From: an uncultured Actinomycetota bacterium
GTDB taxonomy: Bacteria; Actinomycetota; Actinomycetes; Actinomycetales; CAWJMD01
Assembly (NCBI GenBank): GCA_963835085.1
Contig: CAWIED010000001.1
Span: 78,270-142,269 of the forward strand
DNA length: 64,000 nucleotides
Direction of reading: 5' to 3'
Both the position numbers and the translations under genes were made by a program. The notes under the pieces were generated by a model. It had not been told where the DNA came from and made no database searches. It saw only the letters and a list, made by a program, of their open reading frames with translations. Shown here piece after piece: positions 10,174-20,046 of the stretch; positions within the stretch are counted from its first letter, which is position 1; every line of letters starts with the position of its first letter.

Positions 10174-10431
10174 CTATTGCGGCGGGTCTTCTGGGGAGGT
10201 GCTTGTCTTACCGTCGAGCCAATTGATGAAGGCTGGGTCGGCACTGGTGAGGCGTTGCTGCTCCTCGCCGCCGTCGCAGCGGCAGAGCGACATCGTGACC
10301 TGATCGCCCATGCGGGCTACGACGCGCCAGGTGCCGCCGAAGAGTTCCCACCGGGTGATCACGTCGAGCGGGCTGGAGAATTCGTCGAATGCCTCGGCGG
10401 CAGAGGGTTGGGGGTCGGGGCGGCGGGTCAT
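10174..10431 (-). CDS. Small hypothetical protein (85 aa) coupled to the upstream HTH regulator
   Basis: Its ATG overlaps the regulator stop (ATGA at 10428-10431). Composition is protein-like. No family recognised. Confidence 0.5.
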   Translation of the reverse strand: MTRRPDPQPSAAEAFDEFSSPLDVITRWELFGGTWRVVARMGDQVTMSLCRCDGGEEQQRLTSADPAFINWLDGKTSTSPEDPPQ

Positions 10432-11159
10432 CGGGTTGTGGTTTCAGGACTCTTGGTGAGGGTGACACAGCAGCGACCAGGCCCGGGGTCGAGGTGTGCA
10501 TTCAGGCCGCATTCGGGGTGGCTGTCGAGCAGGCCGGTGATGAGGTCGAGGTTGAGACCGCACACGAGCTCCGTGTGCGTTTCGGCGAGCTGGTGAAAGG
10601 GGCAGTTGCGCAGTGTGATCCGAGCCAGGCCTTCGGCGGGCGGCTCGGTGACGGGCTCGTAGCCGTTGGCGGCGAGAAGCTCGCCGACGGCGTCAGCCGG
10701 GTCGCGCGACAGGATGGAGTCCGAGGCGGAGTGGGCGATCCGCCTGCCGCTTCGGTGGGCGGCCGCAGTCACTGCGTCGCCGATCGGAACGCCGCTCTGC
10801 TGGGCGGTGGTGACGGCCTCGGCAAGGATGCGGGCGGCAAGGTCGTAGTGGCGTTCGGGAAGGCTGACCACGATCTCGCCCTGAGCGCGGCGATAGCGCT
10901 TCGTCGGGCGTCCGGCGCCGGGGCCGGTGCGGCCGGCCGGACGCTGATAGTCGGTGTCGAGCAGTCCGTCCTCGGCCAGTCTGTCGAGGTGGAACTTGGC
11001 GACATGGCGAGCGATGCCCACTCCTTCGGCGGCCTGCTCGCGGGTGATCGGGGTGTGCTGCTCGGCGACGAAGCGATACAGCAGGCGCCGGATCGGTTCG
11101 CCGAGCACGGTCAGTCGCGTCAGCTGCGTGTCGGCATCGGGACTCGGTCGGATGGCCAC
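10428..11159 (-). CDS. Winged-helix (ArsR-like) transcriptional regulator with C-terminal Cys-containing domain
   Basis: N-terminal wHTH (LGEPIRRLLYRFVAEQHTPITREQAAEGVGIARHVAKFHLDRLAEDGLL). C-terminal CPFHQLAETHTELVCGLN block. Confidence 0.8.
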   Translation of the reverse strand: MAIRPSPDADTQLTRLTVLGEPIRRLLYRFVAEQHTPITREQAAEGVGIARHVAKFHLDRLAEDGLLDTDYQRPAGRTGPGAGRPTKRYRRAQGEIVVSLPERHYDLAARILAEAVTTAQQSGVPIGDAVTAAAHRSGRRIAHSASDSILSRDPADAVGELLAANGYEPVTEPPAEGLARITLRNCPFHQLAETHTELVCGLNLDLITGLLDSHPECGLNAHLDPGPGRCCVTLTKSPETTTR

Positions 11160-11203
11160 TCACCTACTCCTTCAGCACGGTGTACTTCTAAAGGGTAACC
11201 CTG

Positions 11204-11253
11204 TTGACGATAGAAGGAAGGTGTTCTAACGTACAGAAAACCACTTGTTAGAA
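11204..11253 (+). promoter_or_regulatory. Candidate promoter plus inverted-repeat operator in the AT-richer regulator/folE divergent gap
   Basis: TTGACG (11204-11209), 17-nt spacer, then TAACGT (11227-11232). The inverted repeat TTCTAAC (11224-11230) / GTTAGAA (11247-11253) overlaps the -10. Sequence pattern only. Confidence 0.35.
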
Positions 11254-11360
11254 AGGTGTGACATGACTGTGGACGACACGCCATCGTCGCTCGCGCGCGT
11301 CTCGAGGGTGGCAGCCGCTGCCTGGTCGGCGTCGTTCACCGTGCTGTCATCGGCTCGGTC

Positions 11361-12041
11361 ATGACACCCCGGGCGGCGATCGCCGAAGCTGCTATCACTC
11401 CCGAACCCGAGGCCGGCATCGTCCAGGGTGGCGGGCTCGAGACGTCCCTGCCCGGGCTGCGGATCGCGAGCCTCCGTCCGCCCATCGACAAGACCGCTGT
11501 CCGGGCTGCGGTGCGTGCGCTGCTCGTGGCCCTCGGGCATGATCCGGATTCGGAACACTTGGGCCGCACGCCAGACCGGGTTGCTGACGCCTATGCCGAA
11601 CTGTTGACCCCACCGCACTTCGAGCTGACGACGTTCGCCAATGACAGCGACTACGACGAGCTGGTTCTGGTTCGCGACATTCCCTTTACGTCACTGTGTG
11701 AACATCATCTGCTCCCGTTTCACGGGGTCGCGCACGTCGGCTATCTGCCGGGCGAGCGGATAGTGGGACTGTCGAAGCTCGCCCGGGTGGTAGACCGGTT
11801 TGCCCGCAACCTGCAGGTGCAGGAACGACTGACCCGCCAAGTGGCGGAGTGTCTTCAGGCTGAGTTGCAGCCAAAGGGTGTGGGCGTCGTTCTGGTGGCC
11901 GAACATCAGTGCATGACCATGCGTGGCGTGCGCGCCCACGACTCCGACACCTTCACTGCGGCATTGCACGGTCAGTTGCGCACTGACCCCGAGGCCCGCA
12001 GGGAGTTCATGGAGTTGACCCGCCGCGGGCTGCTTAGGTGA
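11361..12041 (+). CDS. folE: GTP cyclohydrolase I (type 1)
   Basis: Signature LCEHHLLPFHGVAHVGYLP and QVQERLT, followed by HQCMTMRGV. Confidence 0.9.
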   Translation: MTPRAAIAEAAITPEPEAGIVQGGGLETSLPGLRIASLRPPIDKTAVRAAVRALLVALGHDPDSEHLGRTPDRVADAYAELLTPPHFELTTFANDSDYDELVLVRDIPFTSLCEHHLLPFHGVAHVGYLPGERIVGLSKLARVVDRFARNLQVQERLTRQVAECLQAELQPKGVGVVLVAEHQCMTMRGVRAHDSDTFTAALHGQLRTDPEARREFMELTRRGLLR

Positions 12042-12490
12042 CCGGCGATATTGCGATTCGGGTCGCGATCGCGGCCACACTGCTATGGCTGGGCATGGTG
12101 CTGGCCATCTCGTTCCTGGAGGCGCCGTTGAAGTTCCGCGCTCCTGGTCTGGAGTTGCGCGTGGGGCTGGCAATCGGACGGATCGTGTTCCGCGCCCTCA
12201 ACATCGCCGAGGTCTGCTGGGCCCTCGCGATCGCGATCTGCCTCATCCTCGGCCCGCAACCGGGAGTGGTCACCGCCCTCGCCGTTGTCACCGGAACGCT
12301 GCTCCTGGTTCAGTTGGCGTTTGTGCGGCCTCGGCTCAACCGGCGCTCGGACGAGGTGCTCAACCCGGTGCGGGCCGACGCGTCGGACCCGAACGTGCCA
12401 CGTTCGCGCGCCCATCACGCCTACATCGTGCTGGAGGTGCTGAAGGTCATGGCGCTGGCCGGACTGGGGTTCTCTCTGCTGGCCGGTTGA
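12038..12490 (+). CDS. Hypothetical integral membrane protein (four predicted helices)
   Basis: The GTG overlaps the folE stop (GTGA). Four hydrophobic segments. Possibly DUF4149-like, but I am not certain. Confidence 0.6.
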   Translation: MTGDIAIRVAIAATLLWLGMVLAISFLEAPLKFRAPGLELRVGLAIGRIVFRALNIAEVCWALAIAICLILGPQPGVVTALAVVTGTLLLVQLAFVRPRLNRRSDEVLNPVRADASDPNVPRSRAHHAYIVLEVLKVMALAGLGFSLLAG

Positions 12491-12565
12491 GTCCGAGCAT
12501 GGCCCGGGCAGGAGGCGCTCGCTGGGCGCGAGCGTAGAATTCGAGCCAACAGGCACGGTGCTCCC

Positions 12566-13150
12566 GTGTTCTGGCAAAGGGATGAGGCGTGCTCGGTGGC
12601 GATGCTGAGGATTGCGCTCGCAGCAATGTGGGTCGTGTTCTGGATCTATTGGTTGGTATCAGCCCGCGGTGTGAAGGCCGGAACGCATGGCTTCACAGGT
12701 TGGCCATTCCGGGTGATAGCGGTGGCGGCCATCATCGTGGTTTCCCGGCTCGACCGGGGGCATGACCTGGTCGGTCACAACCTGGTCGTTCACAACCTGG
12801 TGGAAGGCGTCATCGGTGTCCTCCTCGTCATGGCTGGGCTCGGCCTGGCTGTGTGGGCCCGCCTGTACCTCGGCCGCAATTGGGGAATGCCGATGTCACA
12901 GAAGAAGGAACCGGAACTCGTGACCTCCGGGCCGTACCGATTCGTGCGTCATCCCATCTACACCGGCATTCTGCTCGGCTTGGTGGGCAGTGCGCTCACG
13001 GTGAGTCTGGGCGGTCTTGTGGTGGCTGTGGTGGCTGGGTTGTATTTCTACTTCGCAGCGCGGGTCGAGGAGAAGAACCTTGCTGCAAGCATGCCCGCGT
13101 ACGGGGAGTATCGAGCCCATACCAAGATGATCATTCCGTTCGTTCTCTGA
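12566..13150 (+). CDS. Isoprenylcysteine carboxyl methyltransferase (ICMT)-family membrane methyltransferase
   Basis: LVTSGPYRFVRHPIYTGILLGLVGSAL and C-terminal EEKNL...YGEY motifs. Multiple TM helices. Confidence 0.8.
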   Translation: MFWQRDEACSVAMLRIALAAMWVVFWIYWLVSARGVKAGTHGFTGWPFRVIAVAAIIVVSRLDRGHDLVGHNLVVHNLVEGVIGVLLVMAGLGLAVWARLYLGRNWGMPMSQKKEPELVTSGPYRFVRHPIYTGILLGLVGSALTVSLGGLVVAVVAGLYFYFAARVEEKNLAASMPAYGEYRAHTKMIIPFVL

Positions 13151-13184
13151 GGGGGCCCCTAAGCACGTTTCGATCGGTTCGACA

Positions 13185-14132
13185 TCACTGTGCGGTAGAT
13201 GGCTGTTCCCAGGTTGGAAGCCAGATATCAGCGGTGGTTGCGACCGTTCGTCGGGCCGCAAGATAGTCCCGAAGCTTGACGAGCGCCGGATGCGGGTTGT
13301 CGTCACGCCAGATCAGTGACATCGGGTAGACCGGAGTCGGATTGCGCAGGGGTATGCGCCGCAGGTCGTAGCTGTCTGGCCACAGGTATCGTGACCGTTC
13401 GCCGACCAGGGTGGCCAGGTGGCAGGAGTCGGCGATCTCAGCCAGGAGAGCCTCGTAGCCGAACACGGGGCCAATCACGTCGATCGTGAGGTCGAATGCG
13501 GCGGCGAGTTCGTCGTAATACGCGGACACCTCAGTGCCGGGTGTCAGGCCCGGCATCCAGATCCGATGTCCGGCAAGTTCTTCGGGCGTGATGGCCTGGG
13601 CGTTGGCCAGCGGGTGGTGGGGCCCCACGAGCAACTGATGCGGCTCGTCGATCACGCGGGCCGTCCTGATCGCGCCAGGCAGCTGTTGCTGCGCGGGAAC
13701 ACCATGGAACGTGGCGTCGATCGTTCCGGCGGCGACAGCGGCCGCCGCAGCATCGACGTCGAGACTCAGCAGGGTCACCACATCCAGTTCGACGTCCGGA
13801 TGTGCGCGGTAGAAGTCCTGGAGGAGCACCGCTGAGGCCACCCGCCGACTCACGACATCGACCCGCAGTGCGCGCCGGCCGGGACGCACGGACGCGTCGG
13901 CCCGCTCCGCCACCCGCAGGAGTTCACGGGCATGGGGCAGGAATGCCTGGCCGTCGATCGTGAGCTGGGCGCCGCGGGCCGTGCGGGTGAACAGCCGCAC
14001 CGCCAGGTCTTTCTCCAGTGCGGCGACGCGCTTGGAGACGGCCTGTTGGGTGATCGACAGCGCCGTCGCAGCCTCCTGGAACTGACCTGCGTCTGCAGCG
14101 GCGACGAAGGTGCGCACGCCATCGAGGTCCAT
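13185..14132 (-). CDS. LysR-family transcriptional regulator
   Basis: N-terminal HTH (MDLDGVRTFVAAADAGQFQEAATALSITQQAVSKRVAALEKDL) plus a substrate-binding domain, 315 aa in total. Confidence 0.9.
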   Translation of the reverse strand: MDLDGVRTFVAAADAGQFQEAATALSITQQAVSKRVAALEKDLAVRLFTRTARGAQLTIDGQAFLPHARELLRVAERADASVRPGRRALRVDVVSRRVASAVLLQDFYRAHPDVELDVVTLLSLDVDAAAAAVAAGTIDATFHGVPAQQQLPGAIRTARVIDEPHQLLVGPHHPLANAQAITPEELAGHRIWMPGLTPGTEVSAYYDELAAAFDLTIDVIGPVFGYEALLAEIADSCHLATLVGERSRYLWPDSYDLRRIPLRNPTPVYPMSLIWRDDNPHPALVKLRDYLAARRTVATTADIWLPTWEQPSTAQ

Positions 14133-14259
14133 CCGTTGACCCTATCGAGACAACCTATGGTTGTGGCTCACCGGTTTCACCGTTGTTTGATCTGCGTTCA
14201 CAACCTCGCTTTCATCGGTGTGATCAACGGGTGGTTGTTCAGGCGGAGGTGCGAGGCCG

Positions 14260-15544
14260 GTGGCGCGACGATCTTTGGGGCGGCAGTTCGGATGGCTGTG
14301 GACGGCTTACGCGGTCAGCGCCTACGGCTCCGGGCTGGGGTTCGGGGCTTTCCCCCTGATTGCCGTGCTGGTGTTGCATGCCGGCGCCGCGCAGGTGTCC
14401 GCGCTGTCGGCGATAGGTCCGGCAGTGGGTGCGTTGATGGCGATGCCACTCGGTCCATGGGTGGAGTTTCAGCGCAAGCGACCAGTCATGATCGCGATGG
14501 ACATGGCCCGTTTCGTGGTCATGATGAGCGTGCCTGTGGCCTATGCCTTCGGTCGACTGAGTTTCGTCCAGCTACTTCTCGTGTCGGCTTCGGTCGCTGC
14601 GGCCAAGATCGCGTTCAATGCCGCCAGCGGCGCTTATCTCAAGACTCTCGTCCGGCCGGAGGACCTGCTCGTGGCCAACGCGCGGTTCGAGTCCACGACC
14701 TGGGGCTCCATCGCTATCGGACCTCCGCTGGGCGGCGCGGCGATCGGGCTGTTCGGGCCGGTGACGACCGTGGTGGCCGACGCGCTCAGCTATCTGTTCT
14801 CCGCGCTGGGGATCAGCCGCCATTCGTGGCCGAGAAGACCCACCGCAGCGAACCGGCCCGGGGCGGGCCTGGTTCGGCGAGTCGCTCGATGGCTGGCGGC
14901 ACATCCTGACCCATCCGGGCCTGCGAGCGCTCTACCTCAACAACCTGCTCGTCTCCGGACTGATCATGGCTACCGAGCCGCTGTTGGCCGTGCTCCTGCT
15001 TCGCCAGCTCGGGTTCCCGCCGTGGCAGTACGGCCTCGCCTTCGCGGTGCCCTGCATCGGCGGATTGGTCGGCTCACGCGTGGCCCGCCGCGTCGTCGCG
15101 CGACACGGTCAACACAAGGTCTTCCGCACGGTCGGCACGCTGCGTGCTGTCTGGCTGATCGGCCTGGCCTTCGTCCGCCCCGGCCTGGTCGGCCTGGCGA
15201 CCGTGATGGCTGTGGAACTCGCGATCATCGTCTGCATGAGTCTGTACAGCCCGGTGCTGGCCACCTACCGACTTGACCACACTCCGAAAGACCGCATGGC
15301 TCGGACGCTTTCGGCCTGGTCCATCGGGCAGCAAGTCTCCATCGCGATCTTCACCGTCCTTGGCGGGCTGCTCGCCGGCCTCACCAGCCCACGCACGGCC
15401 ATCGCGGCGGCGGGCCTGCTCATCCTCGCCAGTCCACTGTTGCTACCTCGCCGCCAGGGCCCGGCGCCCGTGGGTGATCGTGAACTTGCTGGTGCGGCTC
15501 ACGAGTCGCTCCGACACGAGACGCCGCCAGGGTCTGACCGCTGA
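14260..15544 (+). pseudogene. MFS transporter (EntS/enterobactin-exporter-like) interrupted by a +1 frameshift
   Basis: The N-terminal six-helix half is in the frame of 14260 and the C-terminal half (DGWRHILTHPGLRALYLNN... onward) in the frame of 14966. The junction is at about 14813-14821, where atcagcCgccattcg has one nucleotide too many. Confidence 0.8.
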
Positions 15545-15608
15545 ATCGGCTGGTTCGGGATCAGGGAGCAACCGACAGCAACTGTCCTTTCCGTTAGGCC
15601 GTGGCCGA

Positions 15609-16426
15609 TCAACGCAGCAAGGCGCTGGTCGCCAGAGTGGTGTACTGCATCGTGAAGCCGCCGCCTATAGAGTCGATAACGCGCCCGACTGCGTCCAGAA
15701 TCTCGCCCAGTCGGTCGGGTTCGAGCTGAGTGAGGCCGCCGGTGGTTGGCAGCAGGTCCAGCCATTGCTCGCGGGTATAAGTCTGTTCCCAGTCGAACCT
15801 CCATTGCTCAGGCTCCTCGAACAGGCCGGTCTGCCGAATGGTGTCGGCGAGCTGGGCATAGATCGCTTGGTACATCTCCAGGCGCCGGCGAGCAGGCTGG
15901 TTGCTGAACGGCGAATCGGGCACCACTCGTCGGAAGCGGCGGCGAACGCTTCTGCCACCTCGGCCGGCGGCTCGAATACGTGTCCGAAGATCGCCAGCCG
16001 CCCAGCCGGACGCAGCACCTCGCTGGCCTTTGCTAGGCCGGCGGCGGGGTCTACCCAATGCCAGGACTGCGCAGCGATGACCGCGTCGAACTTCCGACCG
16101 GCGGGCTTCCAGGTCTCGAACCTCGCCACGTCGACCGGCAGCCCGCCGGTTCGGGCGAACTGGGCCATCCGCGAGTCGGGTTCGACGCCGAGCACGCCGC
16201 AGCCGGCAGCCTGGAACTGGCGCGCGGCAATGCCGGTGCCGCAGCCGACATCGAGCAGATCGCGTCCCGGGCTTCCGGCGATGATCCGCGCCACGAGCGC
16301 TTCGGGGTAGCGCGGCCGAGCCTGGTCATAGCGCTGCGCGTCGATGCCGAACGACTCGGCCATCTGCCGGGCCTTATGCAGTTCGGCCGAGGAAGGTTCG
16401 GAATGCTCGGGCGGTAAGGTGGGCAT
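15609..16426 (-). pseudogene. Class I SAM-dependent methyltransferase interrupted by a -1 frameshift
   Basis: SAM motif LLDVGCGTGIAARQF in the 16426 frame. A conserved-looking C-terminus (FRRVVPDSPFSNQPARRRLEMYQAIY...FTMQYTT) lies in the 15609 frame. The junction is at GCCGCCGC/TTCC (plus-strand 15932-15945). Confidence 0.8.
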
Positions 16427-16501
16427 GTGCCCACCTTAGTGGGCACTTGCCCAGCCGGCGCACGAAACGTCAGCCGGATCGACCGATGAGGAGGCCGTGA
16501 G

Positions 16502-17098
16502 GTGCCGACCGGAATCCATCTGCGTGACGCGCGGCAGCAACTGTTCGATGCCGCCGAGCGCGTGCTGTTGCGAGACGGCGCCAACGCGTTGACCAGCCGG
16601 GCCGTGACCGATGAGGCCGGCTGTGCCAAGGGGGTTCTGCACCGGCACTTCGCCGACTTCGACGCGTTTCTTGCCGAACTCGTGCTCGATCGGGCCGCGC
16701 GGCTCGAGGTGCACACAGCCGAACTGCGCGAGTCCGCGGGAATCGGCACAGTGGTCGACAACCTCACCGCTGCGCTCAGCGCTGTCTTCGCGCCGGTTCC
16801 GGCCGCGATCATCCTGCTCATCACCTTCCGCGACGAGTTGCGCGCCCGGCTGCGACACGCCGCTCCCGGAGGCGGGATTGCGATCCTCGGCCAGGCAACG
16901 ACTGCGATTTCGGACTATCTCCGCCAAGAGCGAGAGCTAGGACGTATCGCGGCCAACACCGACATCGACTCACTCACTCTTTCCCTGGTCGGCGGCGGTC
17001 ATCTCCTGGTGGCGGATCGTGAATACGATGCCCCCACCGTCGCGGTCATCACCAAGTTCGTGACTGCTGTGCTGGCCAACGCCACGGAGCCCGGCTAG
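16502..17098 (+). CDS. TetR/AcrR-family transcriptional regulator
   Basis: N-terminal HTH (RQQLFDAAERVLLRDGANALTSRAVTDEAGCAKGVLHRHF), 198 aa. Confidence 0.85.
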   Translation: MPTGIHLRDARQQLFDAAERVLLRDGANALTSRAVTDEAGCAKGVLHRHFADFDAFLAELVLDRAARLEVHTAELRESAGIGTVVDNLTAALSAVFAPVPAAIILLITFRDELRARLRHAAPGGGIAILGQATTAISDYLRQERELGRIAANTDIDSLTLSLVGGGHLLVADREYDAPTVAVITKFVTAVLANATEPG

Positions 17099-17204
17099 TC
17101 CTTTGATGACACGTCTTGCGGCTCCGCGGCCCCGCCCGATAGTGGCTTCGCGGCCCTGTCCGATAGGGGACGTGGATCGTCCTATCGACTCCCGAGAAAG
17201 CCGA

Positions 17205-18257
17205 TCACCGACCGTTCTTGAGGTGCTTGCACATGGATTCGATGGCGTCGAGATAGGACGTGGCCGTGCCGTAGCCGCCGATGTTATAGGCGTTGAACAC
17301 GAACACATTGCCGGCTTTGACGGCCGGCAGGGCTTTCCAGCCCGGCTGGTCCATCAGTTGTTGTCCGCCGGGGCTGACCAGGCTGCCTTTCTCCGCGCCG
17401 TAGCCGTTGTCGTCGAACACGATCACCTGCGCGTCTGACAGGTCGGACAGCCGTTCCATCGAGACGGTCTCCAACCCACCGGTAGCCGCATTGGCGGCCT
17501 TCTGGGCGGACCCGAAGCTGGCGCCCAGGGCTTGGAGTGCCGCCGGACCAGGACGCTGGGTGCCCTCCAGGGTGAAGTCGGAGGCGCTGTCGGGCCACAC
17601 CACGTACCACTTGGCGGTGCTCAACTGGGCGCTGTAGGCAGACTTGAGCGCGGCGATGCGTTGCGCATACGCGTTAGCCAGCGAGTTGAACGCATCGATC
17701 CGGTTGACCGCGTAAGCGGTCTGCTGCGTGCTCGTCTGCCAGGTCACAATGCTGGAGGTGCTGTCGTAGGGAAACACCGATGCGATCTTGGACAGTTGCG
17801 GCAGGGTGGGGTCGCTGCTCCAAGCGAAGACCAGGTCGGGCTTGAGCTTGGCCACCACCTCCAGATCTATCTCCCCGGAGGAGTTGGACACCTTCGGCAG
17901 CTTGGTCACTTGAGCCTTGTACTTGCTCGGGACAGCATTCTCGGCATTGGTCCAGGTGCCGACCACCGGAACGCCCAGTTCGAGGCAAGGCTCCAAAGCG
18001 TTGGCCAAGGCGATCACTCGCCTGGGCCGGGAAGGCGCCGTGATCGTCGTACCGATAGGCGTTTCGACTGTGCGCGTACTCGCTGCAGAAGACGTGTCAT
18101 CCGGGCCCGATCCGCAGCCAGATAGCCCGACCAGTGCCGCCCCCAGGCCGCCCGTGAGGAGACCGCGCCGGGTCAGCTCGTCGACGATGCGAGCGAACTC
18201 TGCGTCGATCTCCCCCGGCGTCGTGACGCGAGGCTCGGTGGGGGCGGTAAGCGCCAT
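17205..18257 (-). CDS. Iron-siderophore ABC transporter substrate-binding lipoprotein
   Basis: Tat-like signal plus lipobox (RRGLLTGGLGAALVGLSGCGSG). Periplasmic-binding-protein type 2 layout. An IdeR-like box lies 34 nt upstream. Confidence 0.85.
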   Translation of the reverse strand: MALTAPTEPRVTTPGEIDAEFARIVDELTRRGLLTGGLGAALVGLSGCGSGPDDTSSAASTRTVETPIGTTITAPSRPRRVIALANALEPCLELGVPVVGTWTNAENAVPSKYKAQVTKLPKVSNSSGEIDLEVVAKLKPDLVFAWSSDPTLPQLSKIASVFPYDSTSSIVTWQTSTQQTAYAVNRIDAFNSLANAYAQRIAALKSAYSAQLSTAKWYVVWPDSASDFTLEGTQRPGPAALQALGASFGSAQKAANAATGGLETVSMERLSDLSDAQVIVFDDNGYGAEKGSLVSPGGQQLMDQPGWKALPAVKAGNVFVFNAYNIGGYGTATSYLDAIESMCKHLKNGR

Positions 18258-18290
18258 GTGCAGACTCCCGGAGCAGTGATCAAGCAGGTC

Positions 18291-18309
18291 ATAGGTTAGG
18301 CAACCCTAA
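18291..18309. promoter_or_regulatory. IdeR/DtxR-type iron box upstream of the siderophore-binding protein gene
   Basis: ATAGGTTAGGCAACCCTAA against the consensus TTAGGTTAGGCTAACCTAA gives 15 of 18 half-site positions. It is 34 nt upstream of the start at 18257. Confidence 0.65.
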
Positions 18310-18382
18310 CATTCGGGGCTGTTGATCCTGAAGCGGTTCGAGCCTGGACGACAACCCGGAGTCAGACCGGGGGGGCAGGCCC

Positions 18383-18500
18383 GGTCAGACACGGCCGATG
18401 TCCGGAATCCGGCGCCAGTGCCGGCCGGTGAGCCTCGGCTGAGCACAAACCCGTGGCTGCTGCACTGAAGCGAGCCGGATTCCGGACATCCAAATACTGA
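18383..18500 (+). repeat. Long-stem repeat element, GGCTGAGCAC-core family, copy A
   Basis: Perfect arms ATGTCCGGAATCCGGC (18399-18413) and GCCGGATTCCGGACAT (18474-18489) enclose 60 nt containing CGGCTGAGCACAAA. It aligns along its whole length, including flanks, with copy B at 56155-56279. Confidence 0.75.
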
Positions 18501-18519
18501 GAGCAGCGAGCGCTGGCCC

Positions 18520-19832
<1,313 letters not shown>

Positions 19833-20046
19833 GCAATCCCAGGCGGATCAAGGCTGGTCAGCGTGACATCCGAGCGGTAGCCATCCAGCGGCGACGGGGT
19901 AGCAAGATGTAAGCAGAATGCTGGGACGTTGTACGCGGTGCGGGATCGGCTCGTCAGAGATTGGATGACCCCGACGTGGGTAACAGCAAATAGGTGCGAC
20001 GGCTCCGTCGCGTTGAACGCGTCGCGGTGCCGATGGAGGAGGCGTC

